Positions 26,652 through 41,342 of a stretch of 64,000 nt of DNA are shown here, piece by piece. Every line of letters starts with the position of its first letter. Position 1 is the first letter of the stretch. The translations under genes and the position numbers were made by a program. The notes below the pieces were generated by a model. That model made no database searches. It saw only the letters and a list, made by a program, of their open reading frames with translations, and had not been told where the DNA came from. The stretch is taken from positions 16,858,087 through 16,922,086 of the forward strand of contig CM119266.1 in the NCBI GenBank assembly GCA_051294375.1. The letters are read 5' to 3'. This stretch comes from Paraspadella gotoi. Lineage: Eukaryota > Animalia > Chaetognatha.

Positions 26652-28652
26652 TCACACACACACACACCAGTCACAATTCTTCAATCACTCTTTCTTTGTC
26701 CGTTCAATCTTCCGTGCCTTTCTTCGATGCTATTCCTCGCAATTAAGTAAAATAAAATAATTTTAGTTTAGCTTAGTTTAACTTAAAATCATTTGAGAGA
26801 GTGGCTGACTTGTCTCGGCGATGACGTAAACGACAGGAGCAAAACGTTTTTAAAATCGAGTCGATGGAGCATTTTGTTCCCATCTGCTGCGTCTGCAAAA
26901 ATCTGTTTCCGCTCTCCTGACCCGATGATGATTGAATATGAATTATGATTCGCTAAAAGACTCTTACGCAAAAGATACATAACTCGAAATTGTTAGTAAA
27001 AAAAAAAAAAACAATACAATTTTATGAAGCTCGTAAATTATCTCGTAAATCTTAAAAAAGCAGAATCTCTAAACATTTTCTGTCATCATGAAAATTTTAA
27101 ATGTTAATTCGAGCGTTGGAAGAAAGATTATGTAAAAACTGCTGGTGATGTTGAAAATTATGTCGCCGCATCAGACGTCGCTGCTTCGCTCATGATTCCG
27201 GCAATGATCCATCGAGACGAGGAGAAACGTATTTCCCGGGAAAACTAAGATGGCGACCTCTGGCGAGAGAGAGAGAGTTAAAAGTTATTGTTGTTTTTGT
27301 CTTACTTACTTTTGCTTATTCCCGCACCAGTGTTTCTACAATACGCATGAATTTAGTTGTCGCGTTTCTGTACTGATATTAATTTACGGTTCTATCTCTC
27401 CTACCCATTAAATCATCTAATATCCTTCGCTGACTTTCTTTTTTTCCTTCTCGCTTTGCTCCGCCTCCCCCTCGCCTATCCCTCCCGCATTTACGTTCGC
27501 AATTTCCTTCGTCGTCTCCTAAAATTTCCGGTTCTTTCTCCCTTTTTTTTCGCTCCATTTTTTCCACTCTCTTCCGACTTTCGAAATTGTTTTGGTCGAA
27601 AATTCTCTTCTCGATTCCAGTTTCGACCGAAAACCCATTCTCGTCATGAAATTCCCTTTTCTTTCGGCAATGTAATTTCTCCCTCTCGAAGTTCAAAGGG
27701 GTGGGGTCTCAGTGCCCGATTCTAGGATTAGGAGAATCAAGATTAAGCTTTTTAGTTAATTTGAGGTGAGAGGATTATCTGAAATTATCATTGAGACAGC
27801 ATCAGTTACCTTTGCGCTACCTTCGATCTAAATTTAGATAAATAAGTTGGAGGCACAGAATACATAATACAAGCATTAATACATGTAGAGAAAACAAAAA
27901 CCCACCTACTTAGCTCAAGATCCAAGACTCCCAATCGAAAAATTATCGTTTCACTTCCACCGCGTTAAAGGCAAAGCCTTAGATTTTCCGGTTGAGCTGC
28001 AAATCTCCGCGAGGCTTCTCCAGTTCTCTTCTCAATTTTTCGCGGAATTTTATGTACGGTTCCTTTTTACATCGATTTAATTTTTCTCCCTGTACTTTAT
28101 TGATTTTGTATAGTTAATTTTAAATTTAATTTATGAAAAAAAATGTCATTAAAAAAATTTTTATTACCCTCTTATTCAGAAGGAACCGTGTACGGTCTAT
28201 GTCGATTAAACTTGAAATATTTCTGTTTTGATGTGTTTTAAAATACGTTTATTCAAAAAAAAGAGAGGGAGAGCGAGCAATGATGACATAGCTACATTGA
28301 ATTCAATCACAATATTTACGCGTACAGTTTTAACTGTTTAACTAATAAAATCTTTTCAAATTACCAATGGCAACCAACCAAAAAAAAGAGACATCGAATT
28401 TTAACGAGGACACGCCATTAATCGTTAAACTCGTTCTGAGCTTTTGTTTTATACGCCTCGCTCCGTTTCGAGAGTTTTAACCTCATTCACCAAGTTGGAC
28501 ATTGGGTAATGAGACGTTTAATGGGTTCACTTATTCATAGCTTCTCATACTTTCCTCATCACTTTCCCCGTCATTTCTTCTTTATTTTCGATTATATATC
28601 TCCTCACGTGATATCCCTCATCTTTCGTCACGTGACAAGTTTTAAATCTTCT

Positions 28653-28843
28653 ATGGTGGACTAAAATCCAGTTCATCAGTGGCCATTCGCTTCCCAACCC
28701 AAAGGTTCGGGGTTCTCGCCCGGTGGCCGCCTGGCAGTTAAGAGGGGCGAGGCGCTTAACCCCGCCTTTAACGCGGTGTTACAGGCTGATCCGAATCTCA
28801 GGGATTGCTTATATTGAACGGTTCTGTCACTAACTCATAACAC
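28653..28843 (+). mobile_element. Dispersed ~200-bp structured repeat with tRNA-derived core, copy 1 (internally deleted)
   Basis: Aligns end to end with 56328-56535 (ATGGTGGACTAAAATCCA...GGCAGTTAAGAG...TGAACGGTTCTGTCA). Confidence 0.8.
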
Positions 28844-31800
28844 TTATTAATGTCTCTTCACTTCTCCGTAATCTCGGAGTTTTTTCTGTAAATATAGCGA
28901 CGTCTTGGATTAAATTAAGGAGGCGAAAATAAATCATAGAATAGTATAGATAAATTAATCGGATACGTAAAAACTCCACGCAGTGTGCACTCTACAAGGT
29001 TCAAAGTTAAATAAAATTTGATTTTAATCAGACGGATTTCGACTTTCCTTCCGATATATAATTATTTTACTAAAGGAGATAAAGATAAAAACAATAAAGT
29101 CAACAAAACCAACTCTATCGCATAAAGAAAAGAGACGAAACGTGACCTGAACGGGAAATCGAGAATTTTCCTCCATCACTTGTCCATCCCCTCGATCGCT
29201 TTTAAGTCCCATGACACCAATGGCTCTCCATTGACTTTTGGCACCCAAGTATTTTAAACCAGGAACCAAAGTATCCACAGTTTGGCGGTAAGACTAAGCG
29301 TGCGTCTAGGACCACGTTTAGTTTTTGTCAGTTCCCTGGTTAATATTAAAATGGAAGCGTTTCTCTCGCTCTTTTGTTTTCTCGATTCCTAGATTTCTCG
29401 TTATTTCGCTCTCTTGCTCCATGGAACCGAAACAACTCGATATAACCAAGAGAGAAACGGAATCCGAATGGAACCGAAGCAACCATCTTGCTTTTTTCCC
29501 CCCTTTTTTCTCTCTTTTTATTTTCTCGTTTCGAGATTCTTCCCCGAACATTCATGAGTCATTGTTCCAAACGAAAATCTCTGATTCATGGACGGCGTAA
29601 AAAAAACGAAGGAAGGGCGACGGGGGTCGAGAATTGGGCGGGGCTCGGTGGGTGGGAGAGGAGACTTTGGCGGCGTTGGATTAGCGGAAGGGAGCGGGAG
29701 GGAGGGGGTGCGAGGCGAGAGTCTTTTTAAAAAAAAGGAAGGGATAATGAGTGGTTCAAAGTGTTTAATTTTTAATCAAAGATTTGATAGAAAACTTATT
29801 TAATTCATTGTAGTTTACTGTTGAATGCTATTCATCATTATCATTAAGAATAATAATAATAATAAATAATAATAATAATAATAATAATAATAAACTTTAT
29901 ATAAATTTTATCTATTTATAAGGTTTTTTAATGATATTAAAATTTAAAAAAATATATAAAAATTTTAAGTAATTTGATTTCGTCATAATGATATTAAAAG
30001 CACCAGAATAATCGCGTATTTTCAACGCTGCAATCTCATAATTATTGATTTGTTATCAACAAAGGTCGGAAGCAATTTTATATGGTTTTTTTCTCTCTCG
30101 ATTTTTTTCCCACTTTTTCCCTTTAGGGTCTCTAGCACTCGATATTCGGCTACAGTCGAATCACAACGTCACAAGGCGTGACAAGACGCGACACAACATC
30201 AGCGGAGGTCGCCATCCGCCGTATCTGTGTTCCCATATTTTATTCCTTGCCTACGCTCCCGATCATTATTATCAGGCTAACAATTTTTTTGCCTCTCGTT
30301 TCTATTCCTATTAATATTCCCGAACTCAGTTTTTGTTTTCCTTTATCTCGCACGTTTTTCCCTAATCCCCTTTTGTCGATATTTTTCCTTCCATTCGCCC
30401 CCTTCTAAATCCTTTCATTTTGTCCCCGTTACTCCTCGTCCTCTCTCCTATACCCTCCTACGACTTACTCTCCCATTCTCTGCTTTTCATTCTCTTTCCG
30501 CTCATCTCACTTTTTTTTTCTATATCCTTACCCTCCGTTAAACAAACGCCCCACCTTTCCCGCCCACTCGTAATGATCAATCATGGCCGTCTCATCGAGC
30601 TGGTCACTCCGACTCCGCTCCCCTCTCCCCTACGTCTTCCGCCCTCGTCTCGAATGACACCCGTTGTCACGTCGCTCGTCTTCGGAAATGATAAAACCGA
30701 CGCGAGGCGGGCGACAGATTTCCCACTCCCTCTCCCTTCGCTCGTCACTCCCCGATTCGGCCCGAATTCGAAGCCCCCCTGAAAAAAAAAAAAAGTGTCA
30801 GCAAGAATCCAATTCCGATCCCATTTCCACTTTTGATCTCGAATCCGCATAAATTTACACTTTCATGCATTTTTAAATTAGGAAAGGACGCGTATTTTAA
30901 TTTTAAGCTCGTTATTCTAGTGGACGTTTTTTAAAAAATTTCAGCACCGTTTAAATTTTCAACAGTGGAATTTCACGAAGTCTAAATCCCCATTCCGTCT
31001 TTCTTTTCTACTTCCGACAATTTCATTTCCATCTCGTGACCGTCAGGGGGAGACGTCCTCTAGCGGCGAAACCCAACGACAATCGTTTGCTGCTAATTGC
31101 AAACCCGCGCGCCGTGAAGTCGGCCGGAATGAAAGATGGAGTGAGCGATGAAGAATGAAGAGTCTCGGAAAGGAAACTGGGAAGTGTGAAACGGTGGACC
31201 GGGATAAGCGAAGAAGCGCGAAGAAATCCTTGGGAATAAATAAATTATGGGGTGAAGTTGGGGTGTTTTCAAGAACTGAAGATAAAGTAGAAGTGGCGGG
31301 AACGAGGGTACGAGACAAACAATGGATCGTCAACCTTGGAGTAAGAAAGCTATGCTAGTAATTATTAGTATCATTTCGCGATTGTTAAGAAGCTTGAAGG
31401 AAACTAATTTACTAGTACTTTTAAGTACGACGATTTTCAGTTCTTCTTATTGGATGCAAAAAAAAAAAAAATAAAAAATAAAAAAAAAGTTTTTTTCAGC
31501 TTATCATATTCATTGCTTTTCCATTGCTCACCGTATACTCAGCTTCAAAGAATTGCCCGTTTTGATTTTGCTTTCTCCCCTGCAAACGCGTGTGAACATC
31601 AAAACATAAACCGCACCATAAACTTAAAATTCGTTATTGAGAAATCTTAATGTCTTTCCCATTCTTGGTTATTTCCCCTCTCTTTTCTCTATCTTCCTTG
31701 CTCATTTTATCTTTATTTGCTTTCCAGAAATTGCCTCAATAGTTTCGATTCCCAGTTGCGAGCAAAAACCCTCGCGTTTTATAATATCATTCCTTTCCTT

Positions 31801-32108
31801 TTCCTCGCCGAGTTCCTCCTCCTCCTCCTCCTCCTCCTCCTCCCATCCGACCATGAGTCATCCCTTCGTCGCTTTATACTCCAATCAGACTTCGGTATTT
31901 TTCTGACTTCGCAGCTGCAAAGAAAAAAAAAATGGGGGGGAGCGAGTAGGGATATTAAAGGAAGAATAGTGATGGAAGATAAAAAAGGGGACAATTGGTC
32001 GGGGAATCGAGTAGAAACGGCGATGGAACATTACTCGAGAGAATATCTATAGAGATAATTATGTTACCATGAAAAGATGTTAAATAGTAGAAGGAAGCCT
32101 TTTAAAAA

Positions 32109-32243
<135 letters not shown>

Positions 32244-32457
32244 CTCCTGTGATATTATCGAGATTGAATCTAAAGATAGCGACGGGCACGTGTGTCGCGC
32301 GATCGACTGACGGACAAGTCGCACGCGCCCGTGCGCGCGAAAACAGAATCGTCGCGTCACTCTCCCTCTCGTTCTCTCTCGTTCACTTTTAGTCAAAAGC
32401 CGTTAACTTCATTCTCGCTCACGAAACCAAAAATGAAGCGCGTCGGGGAAGAGAGAG

Positions 32458-32510
<53 letters not shown>

Positions 32511-33259
32511 CACCGGCACTCGTAAATCATGACATAAAAAACTAAATTCTACTATGGATGTGTACCTTGCGATTCTTTTCACTCAAAAGAAAAAAAAATA
32601 TACGTCAATTTTAAAATTACTTATAAAAATGCGGATTTTGGATCGACTCATACCAACCAATTATATCGACTTTTCTTGCCTTCGATAATACGTAGTTATT
32701 TCTCTTTAGTTTCGATTTTTTATTCACTCGCTCCTTATTGTAAAACTACGAATTCAACCGTAGAACTTTGTTTCTGCATCGGTGGAGGCGCTGATAGGTC
32801 GTTTTTCTCGAAACAAGAAAACCGGCGCCACGAGGAATTTCGTGCCGGGCGTCTTCGACATTTATGCGTCCGAAACTGTTTGGCTTTTGCGTCGTCGGCA
32901 TCTTTGAAGATCGGCCGAATTTTGGCCGACGGTTCTCGGCGTCGACGACGCACTTTCGCTTGATTGACCCTTTACTTTTACTTTAGCTTTCTTGTTTATT
33001 CTTTTCTATTATGTATTAAGACTTAAGTACTGATATGCTTATATTTTCTTGTTAATATTTTTCTTAATTAACTTTTTATTCTTTACTTTTATTTCAGATT
33101 AATTTTTTTCAATTCATTTTATATGAGATGAAAAATTAATTTTTCAAGAGTAAAAAGCTTTCAGTATTCCGACTCAGCGCAACCGGAGTCATTCATTTCG
33201 AACGGTTTGTGACTTTTATTCCTTCGTCGCTTCCTCTTTTCATCTCGTCTTATTTTCGC

Positions 33260-33640
33260 GAATTCGTCCCTTCATCTCTTCGTCCCTTCATCTCTTCGTC
33301 CTTTCGTCTATTCGTCCCTTCATCTATTTGTTTCTTTATCTATTCATCCCTTCATCTATTCGTCCCTTTATCTATTCGTCCCTTCATCTATTCGTCCCTT
33401 TATCTATTTGTCCCTTTATCTATTCGTCCCTTCATCTCTTCGTCCCTTCATCTATTCGTCCTTTCGTCTCTTCGTCCTTTCGTCTCTTCGTCCCTTCATC
33501 TATTCGTCCTTTCCTCTCTTCGTCCCTTCATCTATTCGTCCCTTCATCTATTCGTCCCTTCATCCATTCGTCCCTTCATCTATCCGTCCCTTCATCTATT
33601 CGTCCTTTCGTCTCTTCGTCCGTTCGACCCTTCGTCATTC
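33260..33640 (+). repeat. 16-bp minisatellite (TATTCGTCCCTTCATC)n
   Basis: About 20 tandem units visible; explains three overlapping spurious ORFs. Confidence 0.92.
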
Positions 33641-33899
33641 GCGAATCAGAAAAAAAAAATTACGGCGGATTCGCCCTTTGCGCTCTCTGCCTTTCGGTTC
33701 TCACTACTTACGCTTGCTTACTACTTCATTTTTACAAGTCATTTTTAATATTATTTCTTTTTTCCTTTTCTTCTCTGTTTGGTAAAATAACCACTATTTA
33801 AATCGTCCGATACACGTTTGGTACTGTTCTAATTAAAGAGCTCTCTTACCTTTGAGCCTTTTACTGATATTTGTACCGGCCAGCAAGCCGTAGCTTTTC

Positions 33900-33939
<40 letters not shown>

Positions 33940-34141
33940 TCTTTTTTCTTTTTCCTCAGGAAGCCTTTCCTATTTTTAGCTATAGAAGACACCATAAATC
34001 TTCGTTCTCTTCCTCTCACTTTACTCCATCTCATTCACTCATCCCTCCCTTTTAGCTTCTCCCAGTTCCTCCTTTTTTCATTATCGATATTCCAAGTCCA
34101 ATTTCGCCTTTGACTTTCAACCCCGCCCCCTCTTATTTATA

Positions 34142-34173
<32 letters not shown>

Positions 34174-34183
34174 TCCTCTTCTC

Positions 34184-34231
<48 letters not shown>

Positions 34232-36193
34232 CCAATTTCCTCGTTTCATTATTCCTAGTCCTCATTCAGTTGCAATCAATGCATTTTAATGTATGTGTTG
34301 GCTTAGTCTTTAGCATATATATTGGCAAAAAGGTATCTCGTACTATATTCTTTTTTCTTTCTTCTTTTTTTTTTCAAAATATAAGAACCGCCGTGTTAAT
34401 TTTTTGTTTCAATTTTTGAAAAGTTTTATTTTGTTTTATTGATATAATTCTTACTAGACTTTTTTATTTTTAACGAAGATTAGCGTTTAAGCCTCACTAT
34501 TTTCCAACCAATTATATTATATTATATTATATTATATTATATTATAATATATTATATTATATTATATTATATTAAATCGTGTGGGGCTCCGGGCTCATGA
34601 CCACTGGCCTTGCCTTTTGGACTTTGATATGAACCATGTAAAAGGAGACCAGCGAAAAGAATAAATCTTTCAAAGCCACGAAATTCATTTCCAAAGCCAC
34701 TCATAGGGGTATGACTCAAACGCCTAAATCGTCTCCGGGTCATTTCATCAGGCGCGTGCCCTTGGTCAATGGACAGAATCCATCTGCGAATGGACTCTCA
34801 CTGCCTAAAATTCAGTTCTTATTTATTTAGTATATTTTGTTTCGTATTCTGCTCGTCGGTGCCATTTTCGCCATTTACGCTTCCAATTCTTTTCTATTCT
34901 CTTTACCCAACTTCCTTTTCGTCCCATCCCAGACCGATTATTATCTTGGTCTTCCACATTTTTCTTTTTTTTTTACCCTCCTCTCTTCTTCTCCTTTCCT
35001 TTATTATTTCTTTTTATATTCCTCTCCTCCTTTTTTGTCCTCATATCGATCCGACGTCCTCCCAAAAATTTCATTCCTTCCGTCGTCGTCAATACAGCGT
35101 CGGTATTTCGGCATCGACGCTTCGTTCATCTTCTGACACGTCACGTGACACAACGACCCAACGACACAACAGTTTGTTTCACCTGACAAAGTGAAGCGAG
35201 TGTGAGATGCTACATCTGTGGCGTCGCGTCGCCTTGGGGTCTATATCCGTCTTTTGGCTCTGATACGTCGTGACGATAGAAGTTCGAGGGGTGCGAAACG
35301 AAAAGAGATATATATCTTTGGGTACTTGACGAAAGATGGATTGTCCCAGCTAGAAATCCGTTATCGTCAGTCTTCTCCGTTGTCGTTGACGTAACAGTCT
35401 GTCTCATCGTCGTTTTCGTCGTCGTCGTCGTCGTCGATGTTCTTCTCTGATGGATGGATTTGAGAAAAGGGAAAAGAAAAAAGAGAGAAAAAAAATGTGT
35501 TTGTTGGGAAATATTTTTTTTTTCTTTTGAGAGAGGAAAATCTCCGCCATAAACGATTTTTTATCTTTCCACATCCAGAGAATCGACTGCTATTGTCGGG
35601 CGCTTTTGTCGGTTGATTTCGTCCACTGATTTGGTACGAAATTCAAATAATATAACAAAGACAGACAACTTCACCTTTATTGTACAAATCCGTTCCTTTT
35701 TTCTCCATTTCAAAATTGTTTATCAATTTTCGTGCACGGGTAGTTATTTAGTAGTAGTTATATATGTAGGTATAAATTAAACATAATCGCCCTTGCTTCT
35801 CCTGTTTTTCCTTCATCGACCTAATTTTAATTTTAATTCATCCCATTCTCTTTTCTTTGTCTCCGTTTCCTTTATTCCAATTTCGATTTCCCATTTTCCT
35901 TGAACCGAGTCCAGCGTCGAATCGAGAAATTAAAACGCGGCTTCGCTCACAATCACAGCAATTCCATTTCCGTCTCCCTTTTTCTCAAGTGGTTTTCCTG
36001 AGAGGATTTCTGGTTGTGGGTGGTTGCTCAATGGGTATCGGTGCTGACAAATGGTTGAATCAACAACCATGTGATGTACGAGAATTTACTCCAATCAATT
36101 GGTTCCTATCGAAAAATCAGGACCAAAACACGGGGTGGGATTTGAACGCGGAGCGCGGGACACGCTCTTCGTCGCTTGAGCGCCTTTTAACTC

Positions 36194-36273
<80 letters not shown>

Positions 36274-36425
36274 GAGATACTCATTAGACAGAGGCGCAAC
36301 GGAGGTTTCGATGAGACTTGAAACCTCTTGGATAAATAATCTTTCTGATTGAAAGCCATCGAATGGGGTCCGTGGTATTCTGGTGGTCCTATCACCACAG
36401 ATGGATTAAAGCTGTTTCTTTCGCA

Positions 36426-36640
36426 GCGCCTCAGTGGCTCAGTGGACTAATGCCACCATTCCCAATGTGCGTCCCTGGTTCGAGCCCTGAGGATGTCATG
36501 TAGAAAGTGGGATGGACCGAGTAACCCGCCTGTAGGCATGGGCCTACTGCCAGATCCAAAGCTCTGGACTACTTGAACATGCTGTCGCCACGAGGTGACA
36601 CCGCTGCGGGTGTGGCGCCCTGTAAAACCAGCCTCTTCAG
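36426..36640 (+). mobile_element. tRNA-derived SINE-like element
   Basis: Pol III A box TGGCTCAGTGG (36435-36445) and B box GGTTCGAGCCC (36477-36487) at tRNA spacing, CCTCAG/CTGAGG complementarity, GC-rich body; no intact cloverleaf. 3' end approximate. Confidence 0.65.
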
Positions 36641-37227
36641 TATGACTAATAGTCATTGACTATGTCATGACGTCATAATGTACACCTTTCATTGGTCTGC
36701 TAGCAGCTTTTACGTTAAATGGTTGAGAAGGTATAAGCTAAGTTTGCTGCATTTCAAGAAAAGTCATGAACTTTAAGGGGAGTTGGAGCATCCAAATTGT
36801 TTAAAAGGATTTTGGTGGGGTGAAAAAGTTGAGATATTTGAGGGGAGTGGGGCCTTGGGGTGGATTGGGAGGAGTCACGAACGAGTCACGTGGGATTCTC
36901 GCTCCAAAGCCTGGAAATTGAAAAGAAAACCAGTTTGGGAGGATCAAAAAAGAAGAGTGGAAAAAAGGCCAAAGAATATTTTTGCCTCACAAATTCTAAG
37001 CCCTTTCAAATATCTATCTCTCTCTCTCTCTCTCTCTCTCTCCTTTTCTGTCATTAATCTGCCGTCTTATTTTTTTTAAGGGAGTATTTTTTTCTTTAGT
37101 TGTAAAATATTTTCTTTTCAAAATTCACTGCAGAAAAAAACTGTTTCTTTGCTCGCTTGATTTTTCATGAGTCCAGCATTAATTTCTCACCATATCTCTG
37201 CCCGGTATTTCTTGTTAGGGTCCTCTT

Positions 37228-37415
37228 AATCCGATGTCTCTGCTCTTTCTATCCTCTCAATCCGATGTCTCTGCTCTTTCAATTCTCTCACATCGATGTC
37301 TCTGCTCTTTCTATCCTCTCAATCCGGTGTCTCTGCTCTTTCTATCCTCTCAATCCGATGTCTCTGCTCTTTCTATCCTCTCAATCCGATGTCTCTGCTC
37401 TTTCTATTCTCTCTC
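37228..37415 (+). repeat. 31-bp minisatellite (ATCCGATGTCTCTGCTCTTTCTATCCTCTCA)n
   Basis: About six tandem units. Confidence 0.92.
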
Positions 37416-39360
37416 CTTTCTCCATCTCTATCGCTCTCTTTTGCATAATGGATCGTTCCTCTCAGTTCCGGTGACCCGCAACCAGGGGGCAGAAGCGGAG
37501 GCGCCGGCGACAGGGTCGGTGAGACGATGCCGGAGGCGACATAGAGACGCTCCGTATTTTAAGGGTTGGCGCGGGCCGAGGAGGAAATGGAAAAAATAAG
37601 AAAGATGCGACTTGTAAACATCAAGCTCTGTCTCTCGTCGCTATGGTTAGAAAAGGGGTTTAGCAACCACAAATGCGCTTGCGAGCGCTCATGCGTTGGA
37701 TCCATCGCGGCTGAGATCATACGGCGCGAGAAACATAAGTCTTTTAATCTCCGTCGTCGTTACGCTTATAAATTTGTTCGTCTCGAGAAGACTCGGCGTC
37801 GTCAATTTCTCTGCGGCTTCAACTTAACTTAATGGAACATCGACCGTCAGACTGGGCTCTATTATGAAAAATATGAGCGTTTCGTATTAAATAGAATTTA
37901 ACAGGTGTTTTCATATAAATCATCTTGTTTAAAGAAATAAATTTTAGCAGATTTTAACAGTCAAGCAGACAATCTTTTACAAATCCGTATGGTGTATAAG
38001 TGTCGTTATATATTATTCGTTAAAACTTTTTTTTTCGTTTAACGACAATAACTTGGTTTTGCTTTGACGCGCAGACTCACAACTTCCCGGTTAAAGTAAA
38101 AAAAAATTTTCCCTGGCGCCAGCCTGTTAGCCACATATTTTCTTTCCGTTTTCCCATTTGAGCTTCTCACACTTAGCCATACTCTCTTCGGCTACTACTT
38201 CTTTTGGAATTCTAAAATTTTACAAATTAAGAAAGGTTCTGGCGGTAGGGTGAGCCTCTATCCTGAGAACAATTTCGATTGTAACGTTTTTACGTTGCGA
38301 TTTTCCTTTCAAATCGCCGAAGAATTCGAAACAAAAAAGTCAGTTTCCGCAGAATTACAAAGTTCAAGGGGATTTGCGACTTCCTTATGAAGATTCACGG
38401 GCGTGTCCTCGTCTTCCTAGTCGTCGTCGTTGTGGTCGTCGTCGTCGTCGTCATCGGCAGCAGAAGGCGAAACGCCAGAGTTGATTTATGTCGGAGGAAG
38501 AGATAGGTTAAGGGGAAGTGAGGGCCGAATCCCCCGCCGCCCGGATTCGAATCGCGAGGGAGGAGAGGTGAATTCGGGTGAGGAGGTGAGGCTCGAAACG
38601 TGTGGCTGCGAATACGAAGAAGAACGCGGAATGAAGGAGTGTCAGATTTTGGGAAGAGGGAAGGGAAGGTTAAGATTCACTTTAAAAGGGATTACTATAA
38701 AGGGAAATACGGATCGCTCCACGTCTAAGGGTGAGTCTAAGATGGAGAAGAAAAGAAGGAAAGTCGGGCGGATTTTCGAAGGGCGAGGATCCTGGGTCCG
38801 AGCGAGAGGGGACTCGTTGATGGGAGTACGAACTCGATGGAAACGAGTCTTCGGTTCGAGGACGAAAAGGGAATCAATTACCTGTCAAGGTCGAACTCGG
38901 AACTCGAGGAAAAAAAAAAAACTGGCGAAACCCGAAGAGGGCGAGGCAATCGCAACCGAAAAAAAAAGAGCAATGGAATCGCGGAATAAAAAAAAAGAAT
39001 GGACAAAACAGGGCAATGGAATGGCGAGGCCGCGAGGGTCGCGCCGAATGGAGTGAGGGAGGAGAGGAGAGGGAGAGAGAGAGAGAGAGAGAGATAGGGG
39101 ATAGAAAAGGAAAGTAGAAAGGCCAAGTTATTTATTCTTGGGGGGAACGACTGGAGCAGGGAAAAGAGGAAAGCTCGGAGAAGCGGTTAACTGCGTAATC
39201 GATTTTTCTTTTTTCCCTTAATTCTTCTTTCCTTCCATAAACAACCCTGATTGCGAGCCTTAATGCTTCTACATTTTGCGCTTTTCCCAGTTCTATTAGA
39301 TTTTTTTTTCTTTGTTAGCTTTTTATCCAATCTTAGTAAAAAAAATAATGTATTAACAAA

Positions 39361-39550
39361 CTCATACATGGGAGTGAATAAACGAGACTGTGAGAGAGTC
39401 TTGATTGAAAGCTTGCAGGGACCTGCTATGTCATTATCTTGTAAGAGTGATGGAGGCCTTAAACCACCAAAGCCTGTCCAAAGTCGGGGGCAAGATATCT
39501 TGTTTATTAAATGAATGGATAATTTTCATATTGGTTGTACCAATTTCATG
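39361..39550 (+). repeat. Dispersed repeat, probable 3' tail of a retroposon (longest clean copy)
   Basis: Shares the end ...ATTAAATGAATGGATAATTTTCATATTGGTTGTACCAATTTCAT with 61219-61296 (+), 62801-62910 (-) and a noisy copy at about 7345-7610 (-). The copies are truncated at variable points at the other end. Confidence 0.7.
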
Positions 39551-40662
39551 TAGATATAGGAAGTCAATTGATTAAAAATAGCTCCTTTCTGTTTGAGTTA
39601 ATTTTGATTAGACTCTTAGAGTGTTTTTTATCTATGCTTGCCATTGTCAATACGTAAATATTACATTTTTGTTGGTGTCCACTCTCAATGAAAACGCGCC
39701 TCTCCTTTCCCGCTTGATTTGGACGTGACGTCACCCTCGGAACGTGGCGCGACGTCACCCGAACCGTGGCGGGTCTTCGACCGTGACTCGAGCCGACGAG
39801 TCCCGAGGGAGGAACCCAGCGTGAAAGCGAGGTGGTCGTTTGGCCGCCTTTAATCGTCGCCTCTCTTCGCTCGAATTCCTCATCGTTGTCGTCATATCAC
39901 GTGACTCATCTTCGTCATTTGCGTCGTCTTTATAGTCGTCCTCGTTTTGTCTCTTCAAGGTCGTTATCTTTATCATCGTCCATGGTAATGATTTTTATGG
40001 AGGAAAAATCTTTCTTTTTTTTTCTCACTAAAGTTTAAGAGTCGTCAACTTAGCCTCCGGAAATCCCTCGCTTTCTACCCTTCGGTTTATTTTCGAAAAT
40101 TTCTTACAATTCTGTCTTCATTCTTTGACTCTTTGTTGTCAGAATAGTCGTCGTTGTCGTCGTCGTCGTCGTCGTTGTCGTCCTCGTCTTTGAATCCGAA
40201 ATCGATTTTGTGATTCAGAGACGAAATCAAATGACGCGCGAGTCTTTTGTTTCCAATTTTTCGCGCGTGGAACAAGATTTGAAAAAAGAACAAACAAACA
40301 AAAAAAAAAAAAAATGGGGAACTGAGAATTTTTCCGAGAATAATAGAGTGTGTTGTCTTGTGCTGCGTTGCGTTTTTTTTTCACTGTGATGAAATTGACT
40401 TGGAGCTATGTGAATGTCTGACCTGTACGTAAATTATAAAAATATAAAGAACATGAGGAAAGTTTAGAAGCTAAACTTTGTCATTTATAAAATATTTAAG
40501 ATAAAAAAGATTTAAATACGTAGATTTTAGTATTTACTTTTCGTTTTAACAGAAATCAGGATTATCTTTTTGCATTATTTTGTATCTCTCTCCACGCATT
40601 ACCTCCAACAACGTTATCATCACTCTCATGAGCCATTAGTTCAGAAATAATTTTATGCGAGC

Positions 40663-40694
<32 letters not shown>

Positions 40695-40732
40695 GGAGAG
40701 AGAGAAGAGAGAGAGAGAGAGGAGAGAGAGGG

Positions 40733-40801
<69 letters not shown>

Positions 40802-41010
40802 ACGTGGCCGAACGTGCGGTGAATATCGGTAGGCCTCGTTTGACCCTCGCACGCATAAAAAAATGACATACGACGCGAATGTTGACGACGACTACAATTT
40901 CGAAGATGTGGACGACCTTGTTGAGTATCGACTTTATAAAGCGATCCTTCGCTCGAGACGGAGATCGGGATCAATATCACTATTAAATTTATAAAGGAGG
41001 GAGAGAACTT

Positions 41011-41342
41011 TAAATAACCAAAGTTTTGTTTATTTTCGGCAACGGGAAAATATTTTTATTACAATAAAAAACTCGGACATGTTTCGACTCAGATTTCGAG
41101 ATTTTTCGAGCGAAAAATCGTTTGCGAAAGCTGAAGTGAAAAATGATGTCTCACATTGTCTCACTATGACTCACATTATTTGTCAAAACTTTAAACTTTA
41201 TACAAACGATTTTGCGTTGATGAAAACTCTAATTCTGAAAACATGTCCGTGTTTTTTATTTATTTTTTTTTTATTGCCGAAACCAAACAACAAAACATTC
41301 GTTATTTAGTCTTCAAACGCAATGAAATTTAAAGGAAACTAC
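41011..41342 (+). mobile_element. Older, decayed PLE-like hairpin insertion with two hammerhead remnants
   Basis: Imperfect inverted arms about 41011-41100 and 41226-41308, each containing GAAA(A)CATGTCCG in its own orientation. TTGATGA core remnant at 41217-41223. The tail CAAACGCAATGAAATTTAAAGGAAA resembles the reverse complement of 42982-43010. Confidence 0.55.

Noticed and set aside
28660-28685. CTGATGA on the minus strand (also about 56354-56360) as a hammerhead core
   Set aside because: No properly placed GAAA or stems I/III follow.
33163-33205. GACTC/GAGTC hairpin with hammerhead-like flanks on the minus strand
   Set aside because: Both core segments are too degenerate and no tail, arms or TSD were found; cannot be supported.
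38430-39056. 208-aa purine-rich ORF
   Set aside because: Non-ATG start, compositionally biased (G/R/E/K), no domain and no convincing splice sites.
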